Below are positions 53,823 to 63,687 of a stretch of 64,000 nucleotides of DNA, piece by piece. The DNA is taken from contig SDNW01000001.1 of the NCBI GenBank assembly GCA_004524725.1, positions 2,213 to 66,212 on the forward strand, read 5' to 3'. The notes under the pieces are model-generated. The model worked only from the letters and a program-made list of their open reading frames with translations, ran no database searches and had not been told where the DNA came from. The number at the start of each line of letters is the position of its first letter. Position 1 is the first letter of the stretch. The position numbers were made by a program, and so were the translations under genes. This DNA comes from Promethearchaeota archaeon. Its GTDB lineage: Archaea > Asgardarchaeota > Lokiarchaeia > Sigyniarchaeales > SOKP01.

Positions 53823-54554
53823 TTATTCTTGGATCTCTTCTTTTCTAAGTTTTTGCAGAATAAGAATTGATAATGGGATTAACCATAGGAAGGCAGCAAA
53901 AAGCATCATCCATTCAAGAAAAGGTAGAGTTGTTGATGGTGGAGGAAATACAAATAAAAGTGCTATAGTAAGGGGGCCAACCATCATATATGCCCCTAAA
54001 AATCGTGGATAAATTGATTTCTTAATTACTATCGCAACACCATTAAAAAGAGCGCCTGTTGCCAATCCAGAAAATACTACAATAGAAAAAAAGTAATGGA
54101 GTCCCAATTCTGTGGTCCTGTCCTCACTAAACAGTCCTATTCCAAACAAACCTACTGCTGCGATTATAAGACATATTAATCCAATAACCACATTAATTGC
54201 CACAAAAAGATTCAAGACTCTTTTCAAAAGTGGCTTAGTTGAATCGAATATTATTTCTTTTTTTCCAGAAATTAATTTTTTATATGAATAAAGAAAAATT
54301 GGTAGAAGAAAAAACGCAGTAATCATTGCAATACTATCTAAGATAAATGGTGTTGGAGTGTAGCGAAAAGACCCTAAATCACTTATGTAATTATCTATTA
54401 TATTATATCCTTCTGGTCCAAAAAATACAGCAATAAGAGCACCTATCAAAAGCCCACTTAAAAAGAGTAAATTACTTACATAGATACAGATCTTAACTAC
54501 TTTTGGTTCGACAATTTTGTTAAAGATGCTGGAAATTGAATTGCGATCATTCAT
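53823..54554 (-). CDS. hypothetical polytopic membrane protein (DUF998-like?)
   Basis: It has about 6-7 hydrophobic helices and no catalytic motif that I recognise. Confidence 0.45.
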   Translation of the reverse strand: MNDRNSISSIFNKIVEPKVVKICIYVSNLLFLSGLLIGALIAVFFGPEGYNIIDNYISDLGSFRYTPTPFILDSIAMITAFFLLPIFLYSYKKLISGKKEIIFDSTKPLLKRVLNLFVAINVVIGLICLIIAAVGLFGIGLFSEDRTTELGLHYFFSIVVFSGLATGALFNGVAIVIKKSIYPRFLGAYMMVGPLTIALLFVFPPPSTTLPFLEWMMLFAAFLWLIPLSILILQKLRKEEIQE

Positions 54555-54611
54555 GTATTTCTTTAATATAACAATTACTTAAAAGTTAAGGAAAAAAAAA
54601 GAGAAAAAAAA

Positions 54612-55832
54612 TTAGTATTCTTTCTTTATTTTAGACAACTTATAGACTTTGGAGTAATTACTGATCATTCCTCCAATAGATCCTATGATGATTAAAATTA
54701 TTACCCAAAAGTAAATAATGAATTTTATGTCTGTTATATCATTAGGAATTGCAGGAATAATACCACCAGAGAACACATCGATCGGGAAGATTTCGGGGTG
54801 TTGTAGAAGGAACAATAGTAATGGAATATAACTTATATTATAGATAGTAGTGATTACGATAAGAATTTGCTGACCAGTATGATTTGAAACACCCACCGCT
54901 AATCGAATAAGACATAAGAGCCCATTGACAAAAACTAAAAGCCCAAAAATCGTTAACCATTCCAAAAAATCAATATTGAATAAACCAAGAACGGAAAATG
55001 GTTGTAAAATTAATATCAATCCAAAGATGATTCCCGCAACCGCTCCAAAGATTAATTCTCCTAGATTAACAGGTTCTTTCTTCTTGAGAGCACGTTTTGC
55101 TTTTGCTTTAGCTAATTTTGCTTTTCTTAAAGCCTTTGCCTCGGCTAATTTTTCTTGGCGAAGGGATTTCCCTTCTTCTAATATCTCTACTCGTTGTTCT
55201 AAATGAGCTTTAACTTCAGCTAATTTCTCATCACGACGAATCTTAGCCTTCTCTAATGTTTGTTTTGTATATTGTCTCGCTTCTTCCATTTCTTCTTCCG
55301 TAAGATTAAATGGAAAAATTATCGCTAAGCGTTTTGGTATAATACCGAAATCTTCGGGTAAAAACCCTTCATAAGAGAAATATACGAAAATAACAGTTAT
55401 TACTACAGCAGATATCAGGCATCCAATCCATATACCCGAAAAAGCGCTTCCTAGAATTTCCCACCATGGATTAACAAATACTTGAAATACGGCAATAACA
55501 ATATTGACTAATATAATTATTCCCCAAAAGAAAAACAAAGTACGTAAATAAAACTCAAATAACTCCTCAGTGATAAAATATTTAGGTCTACCTCTTCTTT
55601 TGTAAAGCTTTGCTATACTTTCAGGAGATCCCATACGGGCTATAGCTTCTTGGAAATCATTGTTAGTTGGCTCGCTCCCCGCCGCGAATTGATTAGCTTC
55701 ATTAATAACTTGTCTTTCTAAATCATCTAATATATGTTGCAGTTGTTCTTCCTTCCATTTGAGCCATTCGGGCATTTTTTTCTTTACTTGGTTAATATAA
55801 TCTTTTAAAAGTTTATTCTCTGAAACACTCAT
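54612..55832 (-). CDS. membrane protein with DUF1700/HAAS-like N-terminal domain, paralog of 49720..50760, with inserted K/A/E coiled-coil loop
   Basis: The N-terminus LLKDYINQVKKKMPEWLKWKEEQLQHILDDLERQV...MGSPESIAKLY aligns with the 49720 gene. It also has the insert KLAEAKALRKAKLAKAKAKRALKK. No adjacent PadR gene is present. Confidence 0.55.
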   Translation of the reverse strand: MSVSENKLLKDYINQVKKKMPEWLKWKEEQLQHILDDLERQVINEANQFAAGSEPTNNDFQEAIARMGSPESIAKLYKRRGRPKYFITEELFEFYLRTLFFFWGIIILVNIVIAVFQVFVNPWWEILGSAFSGIWIGCLISAVVITVIFVYFSYEGFLPEDFGIIPKRLAIIFPFNLTEEEMEEARQYTKQTLEKAKIRRDEKLAEVKAHLEQRVEILEEGKSLRQEKLAEAKALRKAKLAKAKAKRALKKKEPVNLGELIFGAVAGIIFGLILILQPFSVLGLFNIDFLEWLTIFGLLVFVNGLLCLIRLAVGVSNHTGQQILIVITTIYNISYIPLLLFLLQHPEIFPIDVFSGGIIPAIPNDITDIKFIIYFWVIILIIIGSIGGMISNYSKVYKLSKIKKEY

Positions 55833-55965
55833 TTTTATTCACGTGTGTAATTTAATTTATCTGAAATTATATATTTTAATATAAGGTAATCATTTCCATT
55901 TATTAAAAAAAATGGAGACCAGTTTTCAGTACTAAATAGAAAAACTTGACAAAAAAATTTATTTT

Positions 55966-57411
55966 TTGTTGAAAAAGGATATGGCAAATAAGAATTCCCT
56001 TAAAGGAGACGAAAAAAGCAAGCGACGTGCGTTTGGCACACATATGACTTCAATAGATATTTTTATGGAATTCATATATCCAGAAGTAAAAGAAAAATTA
56101 AAGGACTATATTTGGGTTGATCTTTATGCGGGAGAGGGAAATTTAATATTACCACTACTAAACAATATTGATCCTGAAGAGAGAGAAGATTTCTTTCGTA
56201 ATCATATTTTCTTATTTGATATTCAAAAGAAAATGGTAAAAAATTGTATTAGCAACGCAACAAGATATGGAATTTCAGAATCTATAGCAAGAAGTAATAT
56301 CCAAGTAAGTGATAGTCTTGAAAGTTTTCCAGATTTCTTAAAAATGTTAAATAAACCCGTATATCATATCACAAATCCACCGTATCTTTATTTAGGATAT
56401 ATAAGTAAACATGAATCTACAAAAAATTTATTAAGGTACTTTAAAAAGAAAAATTCGGGATATCAAGACTTATATCAAATAGCAATGATGAATGATTTAC
56501 GAAATGATTTAAAAAATCTTATTTATATAATTCCCACTAATTTTTTGTATGGTGCTTCAGTCTCAAATAAATTTCGCACCAATTTCTTAAAATATTATAA
56601 TATTTGGAAAATGATAATTTTTGAAACAAGAATGTTTAGATTTACGGGTACCAATATTTGTATTGGGTTTTTTCAGAGAAAATCTAACCCTCAACATGAT
56701 ATTAATGCCTTTAATGGAATAAAGATATTCGCGAATGGTGAAAATTCTGAGAGAAGGTACGTTTTAGAACCAAAATTCAAATATCGTGCCGGTTCTGAAT
56801 TTATAACTTTTCTTAAAAAATTCAAAGCGACAAAGCCATTGAAAGTATCTTATTACTTATTAGCTGAAGAAGTTAATAAGAACTTAGGTGAAAATGAAGT
56901 TACTCTGTTGGACGCCAACAAATATAATAATGGTAACTATAAAAGATTGAAATGCAACGTTAATGAAAATCTGTATAAGAAAATAAATGCGAATATATTA
57001 TATGTAAGAACAGTTGATACCGGATCAAAAGACGGAAGAGTCGGATTGAACATTATCGAGGAAGATTTTAACGTTAATGGCATTTTAGTATCTGGAAATA
57101 CATATCGCACTCATCCTATTCATATATTTCTGACACCAGAAATCCCAATAGAAAAACAAATCCTATTAAAGAAGTACTTCAATTTCCTTTTAGAGTCATT
57201 CAGAACAAAGTTAGATAGTGAATTCTTAACTACCTACAAATATTCTAATGCATCCTACACTAGGAAATATTTGGGATTGAATCAAGTGAGAAATCTTATT
57301 GAGACTTTCCCATTTAATATGAATGAAATTGAAAAGTTAGAATTGAATAAAATTATTGATGATAATCAATTCCCAGAAACATTAAATTTTCTTGAGAAAT
57401 TACGCTTTTAG
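55966..57411 (+). CDS. SAM-dependent DNA (N6-adenine/N4-cytosine type) methyltransferase-like protein
   Basis: Motif I-like VDLYAGEGNL and motif IV HITNPPY are present, with an upstream FGTHMTSIDI reminiscent of gamma-class/Eco57I-like enzymes. The likely start is ATG 55981. Confidence 0.6.
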   Translation: MLKKDMANKNSLKGDEKSKRRAFGTHMTSIDIFMEFIYPEVKEKLKDYIWVDLYAGEGNLILPLLNNIDPEEREDFFRNHIFLFDIQKKMVKNCISNATRYGISESIARSNIQVSDSLESFPDFLKMLNKPVYHITNPPYLYLGYISKHESTKNLLRYFKKKNSGYQDLYQIAMMNDLRNDLKNLIYIIPTNFLYGASVSNKFRTNFLKYYNIWKMIIFETRMFRFTGTNICIGFFQRKSNPQHDINAFNGIKIFANGENSERRYVLEPKFKYRAGSEFITFLKKFKATKPLKVSYYLLAEEVNKNLGENEVTLLDANKYNNGNYKRLKCNVNENLYKKINANILYVRTVDTGSKDGRVGLNIIEEDFNVNGILVSGNTYRTHPIHIFLTPEIPIEKQILLKKYFNFLLESFRTKLDSEFLTTYKYSNASYTRKYLGLNQVRNLIETFPFNMNEIEKLELNKIIDDNQFPETLNFLEKLRF

Positions 57412-57414
57412 GTG

Positions 57415-58287
57415 TTAAATACTAGCGAATAAAAAAGCAATTAATCCTAAGAAGCATCCAATTTTTAAAAAAAGACTAATTCGCTTAAATTCTTCCTTTT
57501 TTTGGTCTTTTTTAAGCATAAGTATTATAACATAACCAACATCGGTTAATCCAATAATCATCGGGAACAAAAAATAGTATGGATTAATAATGGGAGTAAA
57601 ATAGGTTAAAATAAAGAAGAAAATCGCCATTATGGCAAAAATCGTTGAAAAGTATTTTGACTTTTTTATACCGATTCTTATTGCTAAGGTTTTTACTCCT
57701 TGCAGTTTATCTCCTTCAATATCTTCGCAACCTTTGATAACTTCTCGAGATAATAATAGAAAAAAGGATGTAAAAAAGAAAAAATAGATATATATCGGTA
57801 TAATTGAACTATTGAGAACTGCACCATATATTAAACCAATTGAAAAAGATATGCTCACTATGATATTTCCCAGAAACCCGCTTCTTTTACCCCATTTAGC
57901 ATATACCCATCCAATTAGTCCAAAAATGACTGCAATAATTATATTTGATATACCTAATATATTCAATGCGCTATTAAATACACTAGCTATGAGACCAACG
58001 GTTAAATATATGATGAATAGAAATTGTGCTTGTCCTATAGTTATTGAGCCTCGTGGAATGGGCCTTTGAGGTCTATTGATTCGATCAATCTCAATATCAT
58101 AGATATCGTTAATGACCATTCCTGAACCTGCTATAAAAATATAGGCTATAATTCCTAAAATTATATTTAATACAAATTTTTGGGGTAAAATACCAGTTCG
58201 CGTATTGAGTAATCCAATAATTACAGTAAGGGATCCCATTAAACAATTTATTGGTCTTAGAATTTCAAATGCATCTTTAATTTTCAT
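57415..58287 (-). CDS. digeranylgeranylglyceryl phosphate synthase (UbiA prenyltransferase family)
   Basis: The protein has VINDIYDIEIDRINRPQRPIPRG (NDxxDxxxD) and a second Asp-rich region EDIEGD, with ~8 TM helices. Confidence 0.8.
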   Translation of the reverse strand: MKIKDAFEILRPINCLMGSLTVIIGLLNTRTGILPQKFVLNIILGIIAYIFIAGSGMVINDIYDIEIDRINRPQRPIPRGSITIGQAQFLFIIYLTVGLIASVFNSALNILGISNIIIAVIFGLIGWVYAKWGKRSGFLGNIIVSISFSIGLIYGAVLNSSIIPIYIYFFFFTSFFLLLSREVIKGCEDIEGDKLQGVKTLAIRIGIKKSKYFSTIFAIMAIFFFILTYFTPIINPYYFLFPMIIGLTDVGYVIILMLKKDQKKEEFKRISLFLKIGCFLGLIAFLFASI

Positions 58288-58307
58288 AAAAATTTCGCTG
58301 ACTCAGA

Positions 58308-59117
58308 TTATTTCAATATGTAATTCTTTTTAAAATCTTTTGCTGTTTCTTTAATTTCGTCGATTATTGATTTTAGAGAATTTCCTTGATGTTTTAATAT
58401 ATTATTTTCTAAAAAACTTCCCATCACTATAATATCTGCTCCTGCTTCTACGAAAGTCCTCGCATCTTGCTTACAACTCACTCCTCCACCAGTAATAATA
58501 GGAATATTAAGGATTTTTGAACACATTTTTATGATATCTGGAGGGATACAATTTCCTCCAGATCCAGCTTCAAGATAGATCATTTTAAAGCCTAGCATTT
58601 CCGCTGCTAAACTATACGCGGCAGTAAGTTTTGGTTTATCCCGAGGGAGTAATTTTGCTTTTCCAATCCAACCAGCAGTAGCCCCAGGCGCCACTATTAA
58701 GTAGGCAGTAGATATATATTCAAGATTAGCCATCTTCACGGTATAACTCGCTAATGCTTGTTGGGTGATTATAAAATATGGATCTTCAGAATTAAGCAAC
58801 GACATGAATAATATCGCGTCTGCATACTTTGAGATATTGGTTATACCTCCCGGAAAAATAATTACTGGTACATTGACTTTTTCTTTTATTGCGGTAATAG
58901 TACTATCCACAAATATTTGATCAAAAACTGTACTCCCTCCAATTAGAATACCGTTTGTCCCAGCCTCCTCAGCATATTGCGCCATCTTTGCTGCTTTTTT
59001 AGGACTTTGGCGTATTGGATCGGGATCAATTAATGAAAAATGAAGAACACCTTCTTCATTAATTTTTTTAATCATATATTCATAAGTATTCTTCTTCTCT
59101 GGTCCAAAACTAACCAT
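58308..59117 (-). CDS. geranylgeranylglyceryl phosphate synthase (PcrB/GGGPS family)
   Basis: FSLIDPDP...GTNGILIGGST...YLEAGSG...PIITGGGV is the TIM-barrel GGGPS pattern. Confidence 0.8.
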   Translation of the reverse strand: MVSFGPEKKNTYEYMIKKINEEGVLHFSLIDPDPIRQSPKKAAKMAQYAEEAGTNGILIGGSTVFDQIFVDSTITAIKEKVNVPVIIFPGGITNISKYADAILFMSLLNSEDPYFIITQQALASYTVKMANLEYISTAYLIVAPGATAGWIGKAKLLPRDKPKLTAAYSLAAEMLGFKMIYLEAGSGGNCIPPDIIKMCSKILNIPIITGGGVSCKQDARTFVEAGADIIVMGSFLENNILKHQGNSLKSIIDEIKETAKDFKKNYILK

Positions 59118-59144
59118 AATTATTGATTACCTCTCTTAATATAA

Positions 59145-60539
59145 TTACTTTACTTTTTTGGGATTTATTAACATTTTTCGAACTTTATCATAAACTTGAA
59201 CTACCGACGATTTCCATTGCTCAAACTTAGAAATATCAATTGGGAATTTCTTGTAAAGCTTTGAAATCTCCTTCATTCTTATCCTGAGATAATTTAAGTC
59301 TAGTAATAGATTAGGATTAGAAATGCCTTTAAATGTTTTTACTGTCATATCTAATAAAGATAAATTTAAATCTCCAGAGGACGATATTTCTAATATTTCT
59401 TCTCCTGTTAAAAGATCTCGCTCTAAACCAAAATTTAATTCATCATTATTCAAGACTTGAAGCACCATCCTCAAAAGATCTAATGAGGCGAATTCCGCTC
59501 CAAAACTTGTCATTACTTCGTAATTATATGCCCACAAATTTTTGATAGACTCATCGCCTGCATTTATTGCGGACTTAGCACAATTAGCTGCTAAATATCC
59601 CGCTCTCATTGAAGGATCAATGCCTCCACCATGTAACGGATTTACTTGACAAGCAGCGTCTCCTACTAACATTATCCCATTATCCGCACAAGACCAAAGT
59701 GGTCTTCGAATAGGCACAGCACCGCCCCCCGAAGAAATTATCTCCACTTTAGAAGTTTTGATATAATTATTAAAAACAAATTTCTTATAAAGTTCTTTTA
59801 CTTGCCCTTTGTAATGCATAAATGCGCCTAATCCAATATTTACAGAACTCGAATCTTTAGGAAAATACCAAATATATCCGCCTGGTGCTTTTTCTTTATC
59901 TAAAATAATTGAGATATATTCAGGATCTTGTACTTTGAGATCTTGAGGTGAAAATTTCACTATTTCTCGATAGCACAATATAGCATCTTCTTTAGGTATT
60001 TCTTTTTCAATTAGAGCACTTTTTACTTTCTTTCTTAATGGAGAATAAAATCCAGACGCATCGATAACGATTTTTGAGTTTAGATTGGTTTTGATTCCAT
60101 TATCTAATTTAACTTGTACCCCACTGACTTGGTTATTATCATATAAGAGATCTAAAACCATGGTATTATCTAAAAACTGGGAGACTCCGCTGTCTAAAGC
60201 TTCATTTAAAAGGCGCTGGCCAAATTCCAATCGATTAACAATATAACCCGCTTGTTTCGGATCCGTTAAAGTGATACATTTTTGAAGGTTAGGAGTATAC
60301 AATTTAGCGCCTTTGATATGACAAGACAATTCTTCTCCTTTAGGGGGATCAATTTGGAGAAAATCGAATACTTCTGTTCCAATAGCATCACCGCATATTT
60401 TATCTCCAATTAATCGTTTTGGCTTTCGATCTATCAGGCACACATCTAAGCCCCCTTTAGTAGCAAAACGAGCGGCTGTACTTCCCCCAGTTCCTGCCCC
60501 AACAACTATTACATCAAACGATTTCTTTAACGATTCCAT
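59145..60539 (-). CDS. geranylgeranyl reductase family flavoprotein (digeranylgeranylglycerophospholipid reductase-like)
   Basis: It has FDVIVVGAGTGGSTAARFATKGGLDVCLIDRK (the FAD dinucleotide fold), a conserved Cys in KICGDAIG, and LVGDAA. Confidence 0.8.
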   Translation of the reverse strand: MESLKKSFDVIVVGAGTGGSTAARFATKGGLDVCLIDRKPKRLIGDKICGDAIGTEVFDFLQIDPPKGEELSCHIKGAKLYTPNLQKCITLTDPKQAGYIVNRLEFGQRLLNEALDSGVSQFLDNTMVLDLLYDNNQVSGVQVKLDNGIKTNLNSKIVIDASGFYSPLRKKVKSALIEKEIPKEDAILCYREIVKFSPQDLKVQDPEYISIILDKEKAPGGYIWYFPKDSSSVNIGLGAFMHYKGQVKELYKKFVFNNYIKTSKVEIISSGGGAVPIRRPLWSCADNGIMLVGDAACQVNPLHGGGIDPSMRAGYLAANCAKSAINAGDESIKNLWAYNYEVMTSFGAEFASLDLLRMVLQVLNNDELNFGLERDLLTGEEILEISSSGDLNLSLLDMTVKTFKGISNPNLLLDLNYLRIRMKEISKLYKKFPIDISKFEQWKSSVVQVYDKVRKMLINPKKVK

Positions 60540-60575
60540 GGTTTTAATATAATTAGAAAATAATTAATTAAAGTT

Positions 60576-61322
60576 TTAAAATAATAATGTAAGCAGAAAA
60601 ATTATTAGCGTAGTGAGGATTGGTACCGTCAGATCATCCCAAGTACTTGGAGAAAACATCTCAACTAATGTAGCCAATACTGAAGTGACCAAAGAGAAAA
60701 TTATAGCTGTTTCCAAGGAAATATGTTCTTGTGTTATGGGATTTGTTACACCAAATATAGTAAAAGCAATAAAACAGAGTATAAAACCACTTATTAAAAA
60801 CGATAATGATCCTTCTAAGGTTCGTTTTGAATTAGTCCACGGTAATTTGATAGAGATTTTACCATAACGTTTTCCTATTATCGATGCAAGAGTATCTGAA
60901 ATGATCATTAAAAGTATTCCAGCTACTGGAAAATACATCTGGGTTGGGGCAAAAATAACAAATACTAAAACCAATATAGTAATTGAGAGGCAATAATGAA
61001 AAGGACCTTGAAGGTAACCAACTTGCTCTTCTGCTTCCTCTCCGATTGATTCATAGAGTTCTTTTAACTGTTTTACCTTAGACTTTTTTGAACTTAAAAG
61101 TACCAAAAAAGTTAAAGAGCCAGAAATGATTACAGCCCACCATTTCCATTCAAAATAGGATACAGTTAGTACTGATAATCCAGCTAATAGATGGACTACT
61201 TTTCGAGCTTGGAATTTAGTGATTTTTCCGCGTTTCTTTAATTGAACAGGAATTAAAATAGTTATAAAGACGTATATATATGTAATTAACACAATTAATA
61301 AATCTAATAGTATATTCATCAA
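60576..61322 (-). CDS. CTP-dependent polyprenol (dolichol/phytol) kinase-family membrane protein
   Basis: It has ~7 TM helices, ARKVVHLLAG, MIISDTLASIIGKRYGK and KRTLEGSLSFL, the cytidylyltransferase-family 1/dolichol kinase pattern. It is the first gene of the lipid operon. Confidence 0.5.
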   Translation of the reverse strand: MMNILLDLLIVLITYIYVFITILIPVQLKKRGKITKFQARKVVHLLAGLSVLTVSYFEWKWWAVIISGSLTFLVLLSSKKSKVKQLKELYESIGEEAEEQVGYLQGPFHYCLSITILVLVFVIFAPTQMYFPVAGILLMIISDTLASIIGKRYGKISIKLPWTNSKRTLEGSLSFLISGFILCFIAFTIFGVTNPITQEHISLETAIIFSLVTSVLATLVEMFSPSTWDDLTVPILTTLIIFLLTLLF

Positions 61323-61501
61323 TATTCAACGAATTTAAATTTAATTATTAAATAAAATTCAATCAATTTATAAAATAAAATCCCATAATTAAGAATATTA
61401 AGTGAAGTAATAGTTAGAATGTTAAAAAGCTAACTAAATCTAGCGATTTACTACTTTTTTTACCATAAAAACCTTTCTAATTATACTGGATTTTTACGAT
61501 A

Positions 61502-63592
61502 GTGCAGAAAATTTTAATCATGAAACTTATTTCATATCAATTTTTCTTTTTGGTAACATTTCAGTATTTGGAATTAATCATGAAAGAGGATAATTCTTCA
61601 TTACCGTTTAGGAATTCTTCACTTAGGCTTGAAGAACGTGTCGAGGATTTATTAAATAGATTAACATTAGAAGAGAAGTTCAAAATCAGTTCGGGTAGAT
61701 TAATGTGGTTTACAAAGAAAATTAAAAGACTAGGTATTGATTCATTTGCAATGTTTGATGGACCACATGGAGTTCGTCCAGATTACAAAGGAGAACGCCC
61801 ATGCACTTACTTTCCATCAGCAATTTGTCGTGCTGCCACTTGGAATCCACAACTATCAGAGGAGTTTGGAATAGCAATTGCTGAAGAAGTGCGAGAATTA
61901 GGGGCACATATGATACTTGCTCCAGGAATTAATATTCAAAGAACACCGATGTGTGGAAGAACATTCGAATATCAGACAGAAGATCCATACTTAAATAAAA
62001 TATTGGCTGTGTCAGTAGTAAAAGGCGTCCAAAGCCAGAGAATTGCTGCATGTGTAAAGCATTTCGTATGTAATAATCAAGAAACTAATAGGTTTACCTA
62101 TAGTGCTGAGGTTGGTGAGCGAGCTCTTCAAGAGATTTATCTTCCTGCATTCAAAGCTACAGTAAAGGAAGCTGAAGCATGGTCTTTTATGAGTTGTTAT
62201 AATAAAGTAAATGGGGTGTATGGTTCTGAACACATCAATCTAATTCGTCAAACACTGATGAGTAAATGGGGATTTAGAGGGTTTGTAGTTTCAGATTGGA
62301 ATGCTACAGTTTATGCATCCACAGAGGGATGTGTAAATGCAGGGTTGTCTCTTGAAATGCCCATAGCAAATGTGTATAAAGTAAAGAAAATGCTGAAAGC
62401 ATTTGAAGAAGGGAAATTTAATATTGATGATTTGAATGATAACGTTAGAAGACTCTTGAGGGTAATGTTCCTAGTAGGATGTTTTGATAGTCAAGATTCT
62501 CTCCCAAAAGGGAGTAGAAATACTCCTAAACATCAGGCCTTGGCTCGTAAAATTGCGCAGGAGGGGATAGTTCTTCTAAAAAATGAAAATGAACTACTTC
62601 CATTAAATATTACAAGAATTAAAAAAATAGCCATTTTAGGACCTAATGCGAAATTAAAAACTTCGGTGGGAGGGGGAAGTTCTACTAATTTTCCACCATA
62701 TGAAATAACTGCTCTTCAAGGAATTAAAGAACGATGCAAAGATAAAATTGAGATTATAGATTCATCTATTGATCCTGATATTTCCATCCTATTTGTTGGA
62801 TTAAATCATGAAGAAAACATGGATGCTGAAGATACCGATAAAACTTCTTTCAAATTACCATCCGATCAAATACAATTAATTAAAGATACAGTAAAGCAAA
62901 ATACAAACACAATTGTGGTGTTAATAAGTGGAAGTCCAATTTCAATGGAAGGCTGGATTGATGAAATTCCGGTTTTGATTGAAGCGTGGTATGCAGGAAT
63001 GGAAGGTGGGCGAGCTATAGCGGATGTTTTATTTGGTGATGTAAACCCTTCTGGAAAACTTCCGATCACTTTTCCTAAAAAACTTTCAGATTCACCTGCA
63101 CATAAATCTGATAAGACTTATCCGGGAGATGAAAATGTTTTATATAATGAAGGAATTTTTGTGGGGTATCGTCATTTTGAGTATAATAATATTAAACCGC
63201 TTTTTCCATTTGGTTATGGTTTATCATATACCACCTTCACATATGATAAGTTACAAATGAATAATACTCGGGTATCGGATGATGAAATTATAAGAGTTTC
63301 TTTTGAATTAGAAAACACGGGCAATAGAGAAGGAGCAGAAGTAGTTCAATTATACATTCATGATGTAGAATCAAGTTTACCAAGACCACCTAAGGAGCTA
63401 AAGGGATTTAAGAAGATTTTTCTTAAGCCTAAGCAAAAGGAAACTATAATTTTCGAATTAAATAGTGAAGATTTAGCCTTTTTCAATGAAGAGTTAAATG
63501 ATTGGGTAGTTGAAAATGGCACTTTTAAGATTCTAATTGGGAGTTCATCGGAAGATATACGTTTAGAAATTGAGTTTAAATATATAAATTAA
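61502..63592 (+). CDS. glycoside hydrolase family 3 beta-glucosidase (BglX-like, with C-terminal Fn3-like domain)
   Basis: It has GPHGVR, KHFVCNNQE, the nucleophile motif GFVVSDW, PFGYGLSYT and a C-terminal beta-sandwich. The real start is probably ATG 61520 or 61580. Confidence 0.9.
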   Translation: MQKILIMKLISYQFFFLVTFQYLELIMKEDNSSLPFRNSSLRLEERVEDLLNRLTLEEKFKISSGRLMWFTKKIKRLGIDSFAMFDGPHGVRPDYKGERPCTYFPSAICRAATWNPQLSEEFGIAIAEEVRELGAHMILAPGINIQRTPMCGRTFEYQTEDPYLNKILAVSVVKGVQSQRIAACVKHFVCNNQETNRFTYSAEVGERALQEIYLPAFKATVKEAEAWSFMSCYNKVNGVYGSEHINLIRQTLMSKWGFRGFVVSDWNATVYASTEGCVNAGLSLEMPIANVYKVKKMLKAFEEGKFNIDDLNDNVRRLLRVMFLVGCFDSQDSLPKGSRNTPKHQALARKIAQEGIVLLKNENELLPLNITRIKKIAILGPNAKLKTSVGGGSSTNFPPYEITALQGIKERCKDKIEIIDSSIDPDISILFVGLNHEENMDAEDTDKTSFKLPSDQIQLIKDTVKQNTNTIVVLISGSPISMEGWIDEIPVLIEAWYAGMEGGRAIADVLFGDVNPSGKLPITFPKKLSDSPAHKSDKTYPGDENVLYNEGIFVGYRHFEYNNIKPLFPFGYGLSYTTFTYDKLQMNNTRVSDDEIIRVSFELENTGNREGAEVVQLYIHDVESSLPRPPKELKGFKKIFLKPKQKETIIFELNSEDLAFFNEELNDWVVENGTFKILIGSSSEDIRLEIEFKYIN

Positions 63593-63687
63593 ACTTGAAT
63601 TATTGGACAAGTTGCAGTTTTCACCAAACTTTTATAATTTTGATACGATTTAGATAATTATCCTTAGATTTAGGCTGGTGAATTAGG

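Noticed and set aside
60576-61322. CDP-archaeol synthase (CarS) as head of the lipid operon
   Set aside because: As I recall it, CarS (DUF46) is shorter, with ~5 TM helices and a different motif. This protein shows the dolichol/phytol-kinase-type GD/SD-x3-A-x3-G-x3-G and K-x-x-EG pattern. The question is left open as a finding.
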